A stretch of DNA of 64,000 bases, taken from NCBI RefSeq assembly GCF_006345805.1, contig NC_043003.1, positions 105,834,001-105,898,000 of the forward strand. Reading direction: 5' to 3'. The position numbers and the translations under genes are program-made. The stretch comes from Octopus sinensis (Eukaryota). This document shows, piece after piece, positions 22,855-36,796 of this stretch. Every line of letters begins with the position of its first letter. The stretch's first letter is position 1. The notes under the pieces are model-generated. The model saw only the letters and a program-made list of their open reading frames with translations. It did no database searches and was not told the DNA's origin.

Positions 22855-24860
22855 ACTTCAGAGTTTTTCCTCCTGGCATGTGATAGAAGCTGTTTTCTGC
22901 ATATTTTCAGTGTTTACTGCCTCTGAGCATTTGCTACACACAAAATCTATCTTCCCAGTTAGCCTTTCTCTGATATTACTGCACCTCTTATGTGTCCATA
23001 GCTTACACCAGGTACATCTTATGGAGTTTCTACCAACACCTTTTTTACAGATTGTGAAGGGCCATCTACCTGAAGGGATGTTGGTACAGCTCTCACTATC
23101 CACTCATCTATTCCTAGTTTCTGCATTGACCACCAGATAAGGGATTGGGGGACCCTGTCAAAGGCTTTCTCCTTGTCAACAAAAGCCAGGTACAGAGGTT
23201 TATCTTTGGCTAGATATTTCTCCTGCAGCTGTCTTACCAGAAATATAGCATCAGTGGTGCTTTTCCTTGGCACAAACCCAAACTATCTTGCCTAAACTGA
23301 CTCTCTCCCTAATTAGTTGGGCTATAACCCTCTCCATGACCTTCATCACCTGATACAACAACTTGATACCTCTGCAATTATTTGTATCTAATGTATCATC
23401 TATACCTTTGCAGCAGTTGACTATGGTGCTGCTACACCAGTCATTGGGTATGACTCCTTCATGTATCACCTGATTGACTAAACGGGTGACTAGACTATAG
23501 CTGACACAGCCAAATACTTTAAGCATCTCTGTGGTGTTTCCTGATGGGCCGGGGGCTTTTCCTGTCTTCATACCTTTAATTGCTTTATCTACCAAGGTAC
23601 TGTCAATTCAGGTAGCTGGTCCCTCTGTTGAGACGACATTCGGCAGACTCTCTTTCTCCCATTCATTCTCTTCAATCAGCAACCTTTCATAGTGGCATCT
23701 CCAAGTCTCTCTCTTTGCAGCCTCATTAAATGCAAATGAGCCATCATCCATGCAGACACATTTCTCTCCTATAACATCACGATTCTCTCTCACACACTGT
23801 CTTGCAATACAAAACACTTCAAGTCCTTGGTCCTCCCAATGCAGAACATTGGCAGATTTTTATCTGCTTCCCCTCTGGCTAAGTAAACCTATCTCCTAGC
23901 TTCCCTTCTGGCAATCTGATACAATTCCCTGCTACCACCATTCTTCCAGTTCTCTCATGCCTGTTTCTTTTCCCTAATGGCCCCGTCAACTACATTGTTC
24001 CACCACTACATTACTTTGAGTCGAGAGGGGACTTTGCACCATCCACAGATCTGGTCAGTAACCCACAACAGGTTGTCCTGCAGGAATCTCCAGTTGTCTT
24101 CTACATCATGTGATGCTATATCCCCCTCTATTTCACCAAAAGCTTTGAGTAATATGTCTGTAAATCTCTGTCCATTCACAACATCCTTAAGCTTCTAGAG
24201 CCTTCTTCTCCAAGCTGGTTGTTTTCTGGGCATCAATTTGACTAGTGTGTCCACCAGATCGGTAGGTGAATAGGTGACTGGTAGGTTTCCTGAAGTTAGT
24301 ATTACAAACCATAAGATCATTTGCATTGCAGAACATCAGCAGCCTGGTTCTCTCCTCATTGCAGGAACCAAAACCATAGCCTCCATGTACACCATGGAAG
24401 CCCCACTGAATGTTGTCCAACATGCTCATTGAAGTTGCCAGCCACAAAGAGAAGGTCCCTATCATTCATCAACAAGGTAGTCTGCAAGAGGGTGTCATAA
24501 AATCAGTCTTTCTGTTCATCAGGTAGCCCCCAGCTGAGGGGCATAAGCCGAGATAATGGTTGCCAACCCACATTGCAGCACTAATCTAATCATAAGTATT
24601 CTATTACAGACTCTGACTACCTTAATTACCTTATCAACTCATTTCTCCGCAAGAAGTATACCCATGCCCCCGACCCCATCAGTGTTCCCTACCCAGAAAA
24701 TCTTATACCTATGTTCTTTGCCTGTGAGGAACCTAGCAGAACTTCCTCTTCACCTTACTTCTTGGATGCAGTACAAATCTACACGTCTCTGTTCAAGCAT
24801 CTCAACAATCTCACCAGACCTAGCTTTCAGTGTGTCAACTCTGAAGGTGTGGGAGGTGTA
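22855..24860 (-). mobile_element. Decayed RTE-clade LINE ORF: AP endonuclease, partial RT, PHD-like Cys/His finger
   Basis: Broken frames give CIQEVR, ISAYAPQ and AGNFNEHVG (APE); KTGKAPGPSG, RGIKLL, STTDAIF and LAFVDKEKAFDRVP (RT); CKKGVGRNSIRCTWCKLWTHKRC..FVCSKC. Many stops and frameshifts and an internal deletion. Confidence 0.92.
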
Positions 24861-25422
24861 GGCCCAGGAGACCCTGGGATAGGGGACAGCAGCATCATGT
24901 ACCTAAAAAGAAAGCTCACATTCGGCAGGACTTATAAACATCCAATGGCCTTCAACCTGCATACACGGCACCATCATTTTATGCGTTACATAATCACTAT
25001 ATTACATAGGAGATAACCCATAAGTAGGGACGGGGGAACATTAAGCCTTTGGAGGTGTTCATGAGGGAGACGTCTGATAGAGGTAGGAGGATAGAGACTT
25101 CCAGTACAGGTGGGGGCGGGAAGGGCAGGCACACTGCAAAATAGCAAAAACTCAGGCTGCCGAGCTATAACCAACAGGTTTTGGTCAGCCAAACTGTGAC
25201 AAAATTAGATAAATGAATGAATAAATGACAATAATAAATGAGCATGAAAGAGAAGGAGAAAGAGTGAGATTGAGCGAAGGGCTCTTAAGTTGTTTTTTCT
25301 CTAAGCATACAGCATGGATGACAAAACCGTGTTTACATAGATAGATAATGAAATGAAATAATAAAGTAATTATAATAATTAATTTGCGCTGTAAAAGAGG
25401 TTTTAGATGAGTGCTCACTTAC

Positions 25423-25538
25423 TTTTAACACTTCTTTTTCTTGAGGGGTCAGCTGCCCAGCTGGTGAGAAATGGGCTTTGTTCATTTTAAATGATCGTAT
25501 AATTATGTTACCCCTTCGTGTGAAAGCAGAGTCTGGAC
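25423..25538 (-). CDS. EMC10: EMC10 exon 3 (PDSAFTRRGNIIIRSFKMNKAHFSPAGQLTPQEKEVLK)
   Basis: ttccag acceptor, gtaagt donor, 116 nt, phase 1/0; F..RG and QL...E...L motifs. Confidence 0.93.
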
Positions 25539-26959
25539 CTGGAATATCAGGGAGAAATATTAATTTTACATCATAGTTCTATATTAGGTATTTCATAGTG
25601 TACTTTGTCCTATAGCTAATATACAGTAGGTGTTTTTCATCATTGGTTGATGGTATTGCAGAGACAGTAACTTAACCACCTGTCATGTGCCTGGGCTATT
25701 TCCAGAAGCACGTACCTAGGCCAAGTAAACATAACACCTCTCCACTCATGGGTACATTACAAAAGAAAGACAATACATTCATAGTATCCATGGAGACACA
25801 GTGGATGCCAGATATTGGTTAAGTACACCCATACATATCTACCTTAGGGGCGCTCCCTCTTGATTCCATGTGTGTGTGTGTGTGTGGGGGGAGGGTTCTC
25901 CTTTAGTCTTCTATGAGTTTGGTGCAATAAGAGTCACAAGCCCAGTAGCTATCAGGTTGCAGGATGTGTGTGGAGTCACCTCCTTTTAGATGAGGAGCTA
26001 AAGAGCCAAACGAATTCATTTTCCATAGTTGGGATGACTGTGAGTTACTTTCCAAAGGCAATTCCATGACATGCTAATATATCCAGAGTTGGCACCCTGA
26101 TACCTGCTATTACTCTGGATCACAGTAGACCAGGGAACAATAGTGGCTAAAAGGTGGTTCCACATTCCTAAAAATCCTGAAATTTCTAAACCAGGGTCCC
26201 CACAACCAGATGCAGATTGAAGTCACGCTTAGAACCTCATACAAAGATCCTAGTAGTAATCAGAAGTGTTCAGATGAGCTTCATTCTTTGGTCCTGCCAG
26301 TCTGGGAATAGTCTATTAGAATTCAGTTTACCAAATTGAGAAAATTTCATCCATACTTCTGTACATAAAGCATTTTCTGCCCAGAACAGCTGAATTGTAA
26401 AATATATTCTCTCCCCATTTTTGCTTCAGAATATAGCTAGAACCTTTTTCAATTAAGGGGTAACAAGAACCTTGTCTAAAATAGCAGTTTTCAAATAAGG
26501 CAGGATGGTTAGAGATGGAATGCCTTTGATCAGGGCTGGACCAAGGTTAAACAACCTCTTTCATATTCATGATTGGACAGTGCAGAATTTATATAATTTA
26601 TTATAGATATGAATTATAAATAATTTTTAAACTGCAGAGATTGTGACACAGCTTTCTCTTTCAACACCAGAAAGAAATAGAGAGTGCGCAGGCATTTGTG
26701 ATTCTGTAATTTCTATATCTTTGCTTTAAGATTCAACTACATACATCAGTCACACTATTCTTTAGTGTGTATGCGTGTGCTGAAAGTGCTAGTAGCACAA
26801 GGAAGGCACTCAGTAACTGCTATAAAGTGGTTGGTATTAGGAAGGGCAAGCAGTTGCAGAAACCATGCTTGAACAGACACTGGAGACAAAGTAGTCCATC
26901 GGCCCAGAAAATCCTGTCAAAACTGTTCAGCCCATGCCAGCATGGAACATGGACTTTAA

Positions 26960-27179
26960 CCCTTTTGTTACTGTATTTTTTTGAAATGCCCCGTTTTTCT
27001 TTCTATTATTTTAAATATAACAAAGAATTTAGTAAAATAACTTAGTTATCATTAAGCTAGTGTTAAGAACATAAATTGTGACTAAGGTTTGGTGGAAGAT
27101 TTTAAATCAAAACTTATGAAAACAAGACATTTATACTACAGAGCCAGAGGTGGTTTCAGGTGGATTGGTATTGAAAGGG
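26960..27179. mobile_element. piggyBac-type MITE (family D1, 220 bp)
   Basis: TTAA|CCCTTT...AAAGGG|TTAA (TSDs 26956-26959 and 27180-27183), inserted at the TTAA of an RTE tail. Other copies at 51318-51867 and 54980-55200. Confidence 0.88.
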
Positions 27180-28316
27180 TTAAATGATGATGATGATAAT
27201 GACAGTACTGCTATCCAATTTAACCTAATAGTTGCAGGATTTCATAAAAATGCCAGTGTATCACCACCACCCCAACTCCCACCTGAAACTAGTCCTCAGT
27301 CTCTTTTGTCCAATCTGTTTGCATGGCCAATTGCTTGTTTTTGTATCGACTCTGACATCTCAAAAACTACTGAAGCTACAAACTACAAAAAATTTTTAAA
27401 ATTATAATGAAGCAAAATCAAATTTTCCCATTCTGGCAAATACGGGATGGTTTGACAAGAGCTGGGCAGCCAGTGAACTGCACCAAATTCCAACGTCTGC
27501 TTTGGTATGGGTTCTTATGGCTGGATGTCCTTCTTAACACCAAGCACTTTTACAAGGTGTACTGGGTGCGCTTTATGTGGTCCTGGCACCCAGTGAGATC
27601 ACTAAGTAAGGAGTTACTTGAGATATCAGACTCCCCACCTCAACTGAGGTGGGAAGTAGCACTGCAGGGGGGGGGGGTTGGCTTTATGCCAAACGATGAA
27701 AAGTTTTAAAAAAGTGCTTTTATAAATTTGCTTGTCATTCTTGCAGAATGGTGATGTTAACTTTGCATAAATGGTTGTGTGGTTAAGCAGTTTGCTTTGC
27801 AATCACAAGGACTTAGGTTTAGTTCCACTGCATGGTACCATGTGCAAGTGTCATCTACCATAGCCTCTGGCCAACCAAAGCCCTGTCAGTGGATTTGGTA
27901 GACGGAAACAGTGTGGTTGCCTGTCGTGTGTGTGTGTGTATGATATGTAAAAAGCACCCGTTCTGGTGCCATATAAAAAGCACCGAGTACACTGTGTAAA
28001 GTGGTTGGCATGAGAAAGTGGGGCGTCCAGCTGTAGAAACCATGCCAAACCAGACAATTGGGTTAAAAACCCTTTAGATAGAAAATGTTGAAGGCTGTTT
28101 GTGGGACATGAACCTGTCATGTTTACAGGAAATGTAGGTTTGAGTCTGGCATTTTTTAGCCAAAGAGTTTATAAATTCCAACAAAGAATTATATATGTGT
28201 GTGTGCGTGTGCTTGTATCTATCCCTCCCCCCCCTGCCACTTAACAACTGCTCAGTGCCAGCTTGTTTAGATCCCTGCAACTTAGTGGTTTGCCAACAGA
28301 GGCTGATAGAATAAAT

Positions 28317-28590
28317 CATCATCATCATCGTTTAACATCCGCTTTCCATGCTAGCATGGGCTGGACGGTTTGGCTGAGGGCTGGTGAACCAGATGGCTGC
28401 ACCAGGCTCCAGTCTTGATCTGGCAGAGTTTCTACAGCTGGATGCCCTTCCTAACGCCAACCACTCTGAGAGTGTAGTGGGTGCTTTTTACGTGCCACCG
28501 GCATGGGGGCCAGTCAGTTGGTACATGGCAACAACTTTGCTCGAATCTTTTTACACATGCCAACGGCACAGGTGCCAGTAAGGCGATGCT
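28317..28590 (-). mobile_element. RTE LINE 3' fragment
   Basis: Same (GAT)n tail family. Confidence 0.86.
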
Positions 28591-29043
28591 TGGGTTGACT
28601 GTTCAACTAAATCCTTTCAGGCAGTGCCCCAGCCTGGCCACAATCCAATGATTCAAACAAGTAAAAAAATGTCATAATTTGTTCCACTTCTGCTATGAAA
28701 GTAAGACAGTCAGTCATATAAAATGAATTCAACATAAATATCTTTCTTTTTTCCCACTTCAATGAGTTTGTAGTATTGAGTTAAATATTTTTCTGATTAT
28801 ACAATAAAATATATATTGGGCTGGGAAGATGTTCAGTTTTTGGTTGACACAAAAATTCCTGCATTCCATTAAGTAGCTAACTTCAGCCTGGCTCTTGTGC
28901 ACCTGTGCAAGGAGAGAAAAAAATGCGTGGAGTAGCTAACGATCTATCATGGCGTACTACTTCATTCTCATTATAAGCTGGTAGGTGTATAAATACAACA
29001 ATGATGATACATATTGGCTATAATATAAACATTCAAGAGTTTA

Positions 29044-29276
29044 AGGCAGTGAGCTGGCAGAAACGTTAGCACACCGGGCGAAATGTGTAGCCGTATTTCG
29101 TCTGCTGTAACGTTCTGAGTTCAAATTCCGCCGAGGTCGACTTTGCCTTTCATCCTTTCAGGGTCGATAAATAAAGTATCAGTTACGCACTGGGGTCGAT
29201 ATAATCGACTTAATCCTTTTGTCTGTCCTTGTTTGTCCACTCTATGTTTAGCTCCTTGTGGGTGGTAAAGAAATAG
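29044..29276 (+). mobile_element. SINE family B
   Basis: Near-identical to 14481-14696. Confidence 0.88.
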
Positions 29277-29362
29277 GTATTTCAAACCAACTATTGTTGT
29301 CGAGTGGTGGTGAGAGATAAAAATGAAGACACACACAGATTATATATATATATATATATATA

Positions 29363-29570
29363 TACTCTCTTTACTCTCTCTTTTACTTGTTTCAGTCATT
29401 TGACTGCAGCCAGGCTGGAGCACCGCCTTTAGTCGAGCAAATCGACCCCGGGACTTATTCATTGTAAGCCCAGTACATATTCTATCGGTCTCTTTTGCCG
29501 AACAGCTAAGTGACGGCGACGTAAACACACCAGCGTCAGTTGTCAAGCAATGCTAAGGGGACAAACACAG

Positions 29571-29605
<35 letters not shown>

Positions 29606-29776
29606 CATATATACGACGGGCTTCTTTCAGTTTCCGTCTACCAAATCCACTCACAAGGCATTGGTCGGCCCGGGGCTATAGCAGAAGACACTTGCCCAAG
29701 ATGCCACGCAGTGGGACTGAACCCGGAACCATGTGGTTGGTAAGCAAGCTACTTACCACACAGCCACTCCTGCGCC
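29363..29776 (-). mobile_element. SINE family A, full length, inside a (TA)n tract
   Basis: Family A sequence with (TA)n on both sides. Confidence 0.92.
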
Positions 29777-30239
29777 TATATATATATATATATATATAAA
29801 TATATACACCTTTCACTAATGTATAGAGATGAAGGATATAAAACATTGGTAAGAAACCCAAAAAGCAATTGCTTTTCAAAACAAATCCCTTGTGATATTT
29901 GTTCAGCATAGAGTCACACAGGTGCTTCCTTATCACTTCTGCAGTTAGAAATGCCATGAATCAATAACTGGCTCATTGTAGACCTGTAACTAACAATGCC
30001 TTTATTCTCTAATTGCAATATAAAATATTGTTCTGAGTTCAACTTTGCCTTTCATCCTTTTGCAGTCAAATTAAGTACCAGTTGACTGGCCCCCTCCCCT
30101 AAATTTTGGGCCTTGTGCCTAGACTAGAAAAGAATATAAACATTCAAGGGTTTTTCAAATATATTTCATGCTTAAAATTAAAATTAAAAAAAAAAAAAAA
30201 TCAGGACATTTAAATAAAAATAGAAAAGATTTCACCTAC

Positions 30240-30294
30240 TAGACTGAAAGCTATGGTCCACAGGAAGAGATTGGAGCCCCTCAAACTCATCATC
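30240..30294 (-). CDS. EMC10: EMC10 exon 2 (DDEFEGLQSLPVDHSFQS)
   Basis: ctctctttag acceptor, gtaggt donor, 55 nt, phase 0/1, which joins exon 1 (phase 0) to exon 3 (phase 1). DHSF corresponds to the conserved EHSF motif. Confidence 0.9.
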
Positions 30295-30794
30295 CTAAAG
30301 AGAGGTAAAAAAAAACAAGAGAAAAAATTATTTCTAATACAAATAAGAAGACATACATTTTAGGGTAACTGGGTATGATGCCACACAAAGAAACTGATAG
30401 TAGGGGCAGGGGGATACAGTTTACTGTATTAACTAATGGTATTTGACTGGTATGTTAATGTCATTGACCTGAAAGGGTGAAAAGCAATGCCTATCCCAAA
30501 GGGATTTGTGGAATTCAGGAAGTCAAGGATGTAACTAAGTTCAGATAAATATTCTGTCTGCCATTTCTTCTTTCTTCTCTTCCTCCATCTAATAATAATC
30601 CTTTCTACTACAGTCACAAAGCCTGAAAGTTTTGAAGAGGGGCTAGTTGATTATACTGACCCTGTGCTTAACCAGTAGCTATTTTAAGAAGGCTGACAGG
30701 TAAAGGATTTGAATTTAGAAGGTATAGCTGGAAGAAATGCACCGAGACATTTTGTCCATCCACCAGATGGCCACCCTCCATAATGATAATAATA

Positions 30795-31575
30795 ACAAGA
30801 GCACTCAGAGAGTGCAAACCTCCGCCAAGGCAACACCAACGTCCTCTCAACGATTAACCAGAGATGATTTTTAAAATGAGGATATCTGAAATAAACTCGA
30901 CTGCTCTCACAAACAAGAATACTAAAAATGAACCTGACCGGTCTCAAAAATTAAATTAAAAAAAACAGGAAAAATAATCCATAATCCTTGTCTGGTACCG
31001 GATTACTCTTTACTCTTTTACTTGTTTCAGTCATTTGACTGCAGCCATGCTGGAGCACTGCCTTTAGTCGAGCAAATCGACCCCGGGACTTATTCTTTGT
31101 AAGCCCAGTACTTATTCTATCGGTCTCTTTTGCCGAACCACTAAGTGACGGGGACGTAAACACACCAGCATCGGTTGTCAAGCAATGCTAGGGGGACAAA
31201 CACACACACACACACATATATACATATATATACATATATACGACAGGCTTCTTTCAGTTTCCGTCTACCAAATCCACTCACAAGGCATTGGTCGGCCCGG
31301 GGCTATAGCAGAAGACACTTGCCCAAGATGCCACGCAGTGGGACTGAACCCGGAACCATGTGGTTGGTAAGCAAGCTACTTACCACATAGCCACTCCTGC
31401 GCCTATTGGATTGGTCCCAAAATTTAATCAGTTTGTGCCAGTCACGAGGCCAAACATCTCTGAACGTTTCAGCTGAATCCATCCAGCGGTTCTTGAGATA
31501 TTTTGTCAATGGAAAAACAAACATACAAACGCGACTGAAAATCATACCTCTGCCTTCGCTAAGGCAGAGGTAATA
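30795..31575. mobile_element. Helentron/HINE-like non-autonomous element interrupted by a SINE
   Basis: One end AACAAGAGCACTCAGAGAGTGCAAACCTCCGCCAAGGC; other end (CAAA)-type microsatellite then hairpin ACCTCTGCCTT-CGCT-AAGGCAGAGGT. SINE A sits at 31005-31403. Confidence 0.6.
31005..31403 (-). mobile_element. SINE family A, full length
   Basis: Family A sequence. Confidence 0.92.
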
Positions 31576-31952
31576 ATGGTTTAGCATTTCAGGGACAGGG
31601 GTAAGGCCAGCACATTGGCCCCCAGAGTTCTTCTGATACTTATTTTATGGACCCTGAAGGGATGAAAGACAAAATCAACCTTGGCAGAATTTGAGCTCAG
31701 AACATAAAAGACAAATGATATGCTGCTAATCATGATAATCATCCTTTCTACTAAAGGCACAAGGCCTGAAATTTGCAGAGAGAGGACAAGTTGATTACAT
31801 CGATCTCAGTACGCAACTGGTACTTAATTTATCGACCCTGAAAGGATGAAAAGCAAAGTCGACCTCAGCGGAATTTGAACTCAGAATGTAAAAACGGATG
31901 AAATGCCGCTAAGCACTCTGCCTGGCATGCTAACGATTCTGCCAGCTTGCCC

Positions 31953-31992
<40 letters not shown>

Positions 31993-32483
31993 AAACAAGA
32001 CATTTGTACTACAAAGCCAGAGGTGGTTTCAACCAGGTTGGTATCAAAAGGATTAAATCATACTTGACAATAAGAGTGTCAAATTCGTTTGGGTTTGCAG
32101 GCATGGTTAGAGGCTAAGAAGGTCATTTTCCAATCATGTGGTTCTGGTTTCAACCCAAATGCACAGCGCCTGGGGCAAGTATGCGTTTTATAAATTTAGG
32201 TTGACTAATGTCTCCTGTCAGAGGAATTTGACAGACAAAAACTGTGTGGAAACCTTTCATTCATACATGTGTGTGTGTGTATCTTTTACTTGTATCAGTC
32301 ATTGGACTGCTGCCATGCTGGGGCACTGCCTTGAAGGGTTTTAGTTTAATGAATCAACCGCAGTATGTATATTTTAAAGCTTGGTATTTATTCTGTTAGC
32401 ATGTTGCTTAAGTTACATTGATGTAAACAAACCAACTCTGGTTGTCGAGTGGTGGTGAGAGATAAAAACAAAGACACACACAC

Positions 32484-32540
<57 letters not shown>

Positions 32541-32548
32541 TATATATA

Positions 32549-32756
32549 AAGTTAATCTAAACAAGAAAACACAAAAAAACACAGCAACGCGAGGACGTGG
32601 AACAAATAAAGTATTATTGGACGCTCAGGAAAGAAGGGAAGAAGGAGGGCTTAACGTCTCGAGTGGAGCTCTTCGTCGGAAACATAGGAGAAGGAAAGAT
32701 CCAGAGAAGGGAAGACAGAGGGAAAAAAATCGCTGGCGGTACTCACGAGGTTACAC
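32549..32756 (-). mobile_element. Penelope-like terminal fragment with a degenerate hammerhead, inside (TA)n
   Basis: Minus strand ~32684-32649: GTTT-CCGACGA-A-GAG..CTC-GAGA-CGTT-AAGC (two core substitutions). Absent from the paralogous duplicated segment at 29283-30028. Confidence 0.55.
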
Positions 32757-34384
32757 ACATATATATATATACAAATATATACACCTTTCACTAATGTATA
32801 GAGATGAAGGATATAAAACATTGGTAAGAAACCCAAAAAGCAATTGCTTTTCAAAACAAATCCCTTGTGATATTTGTTCAGCATAGAGTCACACAGGTGC
32901 TTCCTTATCACTTCTGCAGTTAGAAATGCCATGAATCAATAACTGGCTAATTATAGACCTGTAACTAACAATGCTTTTATTCTCCAATTGCAATATAAAA
33001 TATGAGGTCACTCACATCTAACAAAGGAAAATGGAAAACAGAACATGACAAGGTTTTACAAAATATTTATAGACAAACGCATGGCTGTGTGGTTATAAAA
33101 CTCTCATTGCAACCATGTGATTTCAAGTTCAGTCCCAGTGTGTGACACAATGGGCAAGTGTTTTCTACTACAGCCCCGGGGTTGACTAACACCTTGCAAG
33201 TGGATTTGGTAGACAGAGACTATGTGGAAGTTCATAGTGTCTATATGTGTGTGTCTGTGTGTCCTTGTTTGTCATCTCCACTTGCTTCACAATAAGTGTT
33301 GGTTTGTTTCTGTTCCCATAACTTAGCGGTTCAGGAAAAGAGACTGATAGAATAAGTACCAGACTTAAAAAAAAAACCAGAAGCGTAAATACAGAAGCAA
33401 TTTGTTTGGTTAAGATCCTTCAGGCCAGTGATCCAGCATGGCCACAGTCCAATGATTAAAACAAGTAGAATATACAAGATACATCTGCTTCCAACATATG
33501 TTGGAAAGCTTCCACATTAACGAAGCAGATGTTCACAAACGAACAAGAGAAGTGAATTAAAATGAGAAATGTCTGAGATTAGGATTATACTTTTCTATTC
33601 TTAGATCAACATGCTACTAATTAAATACAAAATTGATATTTTCAATCATAATCGCAAAAGCTTGCTGGAGTTATAAATTACTATCTTCACAATTGAGTTT
33701 CAGTGGATAATTAAGCAGATTATAAGCTTAGACGTCTTATCTGAGTTGTTGAAATTAAGGAAGGAAAGAGATTACAACAATGCATGATTATATATGACTG
33801 CAAAGACAACAAATGTATGTACAAATATATACACATAGGCAATCTCCGTAATGAAATTATAACAGAATTTAATCTTGAATAAACAGAATAAAAGTACAGA
33901 ACTGTCCAAGTAACTACATACTAATTCTCTGGATTTTAAGTAGCAAGTGGATCTTAGAAAATCATAATGAGCTAAACTTCTCAGCTGTGCGAAATGGCCA
34001 AGTCTGTTTGTTGGAGAGAAAAGCAGGGGGTAGAAACAGAAAATAATCTCCTATTTAGCTGCCATGTAATCAAATCATATATTTTATAAAGAACGCGATA
34101 ATTGCAGGTCAGCCACTTGGAAAGTAATCTGCAGACTGGTTCCACAGCAGGTTCAGACGATTTTCTCTGGGATTGAATTCCTGTTGGTTAAAGCGGATTG
34201 CACTGACAAATAAGGTCAGTGCTGTGTGCAACACTTTATCCACTCAAAACATGTTCATACACAGGAAAATTCTTGGAATCAGAATGTTTGCATGGACTTA
34301 CTGAGTTTAAGAAGAGGTCTTAGTCAGTCACAGGTTGACTCCAGCTATGTATGTATGCGTGTACACACACCAATAAGCTTATAA

Positions 34385-34607
34385 GTGCAAAACGAGGTGG
34401 AAAAAATAGTACGCAAATACCAAAAGCAGAGTAATGTACCACTTTATTAATGCTGAAAAAATCTTCACAAACTGTTGCTCAGAATTTCATGTGATAGTTC
34501 TTCAGACGGTTGTGATAAGATGGAATTATTCCATATTCCCATAACCATCTGATGATCAGTCACATGAAACTGAGTAACAGTTTGTGAAGATTTTTTCAGC
34601 TTTAATA
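34385..34607. mobile_element. Fold-back Penelope-like fragment with hammerhead-like cores
   Basis: Inverted arms ~34445-34514 and ~34540-34607. CTGATGA (34549-34555)..GAAACTGAGTA on +, CTGAAGA..GAAA on -. Same family at ~44400-44528. Confidence 0.6.
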
Positions 34608-35339
34608 CAATAATGTGTGTGTGTGTGTATATATATAAATATAAAAATAGAACAAAAACACAATAGATGGCATCAAAACGTTTGGACAGATAGACGATAC
34701 AAAGGCGGACAAGAGAAACGACAATTAGAAGGACAGGCAAGTCCCAGAAGTCACAACCATTTCAGGCAGTTACACTTGAGATGGTTCGATCTGGTTGCCC
34801 CCCGCCCCCAAAAGTCTAAGCTAAGAGCATTAGACCCCTTTGTAAGAAAGCTAGCAAATGTGTATGGCGACAAAGACAACAAAAAAAGAAAAACAGAGTA
34901 CGTGGTACAAATTACGAATACAAACAACAAGAAATAACAACAGGCATCTTTTGCCTAAGAACAAATCAAATTGAGCTGGTGTGTATGAAGTGAGAGCCTA
35001 AAGGCAGGAACATTGGAGATGGACACAAGAGGTGTTGGTGCTTGGCAGTCAGGTCAAGAAAGAAAGATCATGGCTGGCCGGACACCGGTCACATAGAAGG
35101 AGGAGAGACAGGTAGGGGACAGTAGGATGGAAGGATTAGGAAAAAATCAGAGACAAATATATATATATATATATAGGGAGAATTCATGAAAAAAAATGAA
35201 AGATGAGAACAGATGGTGTAGAAAACAAACAGATGTATTAATATAACGCTCGGGAATTGAAAAAGTCTTTTATATATATCCATTATATGCAACAGAAGTA
35301 GTATTAGATTAAAATAGGTATCTGTGTATCATTATATAT

Positions 35340-35714
35340 ACTCTTTACTCTTTTACTTGTTTCAGTCATTTGACTGCGGCCATGCTGGAGCACCGCCTTT
35401 AGTCGAGGAGATCGACCCCGGGACTTATTCTATCGGTCTCTTATGCCGAACCGCTAAGTGACGGGGACGTAAACACACCAGCATCGGTTGTCAAGCAATG
35501 CTAGGGGGACAAACACAGACACACACACACATATATATATATACATATATATGACAAGCTTCTTTCAGTTTCCGTCTACCAAATCCACTCACAAGGCACT
35601 GGTCGGCCCGGGGCTATAGCAGAAGACACTTGCCCAAGATGCCACACAGTGGGACTGAACCCGGAACCATGTGGTTGGTAAGCAAGCTACTTACCACACA
35701 GCCACTCCTGCACC
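35340..35714 (-). mobile_element. SINE family A, full length
   Basis: Family A sequence. Confidence 0.92.
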
Positions 35715-36796
35715 TATATGATGATAGATATATCACCATGATCATAGTTTAATTTCCATCTTCCATGATGAGTGGGATGGTACCACAAGAACCGGTCAGG
35801 CTGAAGCCTGCACCAGACTTCTGTGACTGTTTTGGCAGGATGCCCTTCCAAACACCAACCACTTTACTTATATATTAAGCGAATTTTAGGTTAATTAAAA
35901 TACGTTTGTGACATATTTCAACTTCTAAAGGCAAATTCACTGCAGTTACCATGGAGAAAAGTTTCTTTTTTATGGTAAAAGGTGTACAAACACTGTATCT
36001 GCCCTGTTGGGTTCCCCACATGTATATTCATTTACTTGTTTCAGTCATTGGACTGCAGCCATACTGGAGCATCCAGTTTCAGCAATCATATCAATTTCAG
36101 TATTTGTTTGATTTAAAGTCTGGTATTTATTCTATCAGCCTTGTTTTGTCGAACCATTAAGTTACAGGGATATAAACAAACCAACACCAGTTGTCGGTCA
36201 GTGCAAGACAAACAGAAAGATTAGGGATAATTTAGAAGACAAAAATAAATAGATCCTGTAATTTTTGAATGACATTTTTGCCGATACTTTCTTCAGCATG
36301 GTTAAGCACTTATATGCACACTTATTCAAGTATTCTATGATATATATGTATCATATATATATATACATACCCACACACACATTCATTTGTTCCTTCAGTT
36401 GTTTTTTCCCATGATAGTATAACTTAGATGGGGAAGGGATTTTAATGGTCAGATGCTTTTCCTGTCACTAACCCTTACCTGTTTTCAGGTAAGGGTTTTT
36501 TTCCAAGAGGAATATGAAAGCACAGAGCTTGAGGGTTATTTGTTGATAGGAAAGGAACATTGTTTATAGCCAAGAGCCTAGCCACAACTGTGTATAGCTG
36601 ACTGGACACTAGCACAAATATACATGCATGCATGTACACACATACACAAATGAGCTTTGGGCTACACTGACACCTGCCCTAGGTACTGTGCAGCGAGACT
36701 GAACCTGAAATCATGTGATTGAACTTTGAACTTCTTGACTACAGTCATGTTGTGCTTTGTGAGTGGATTTGGTAGACAGAAACTGACAGAAGATAG

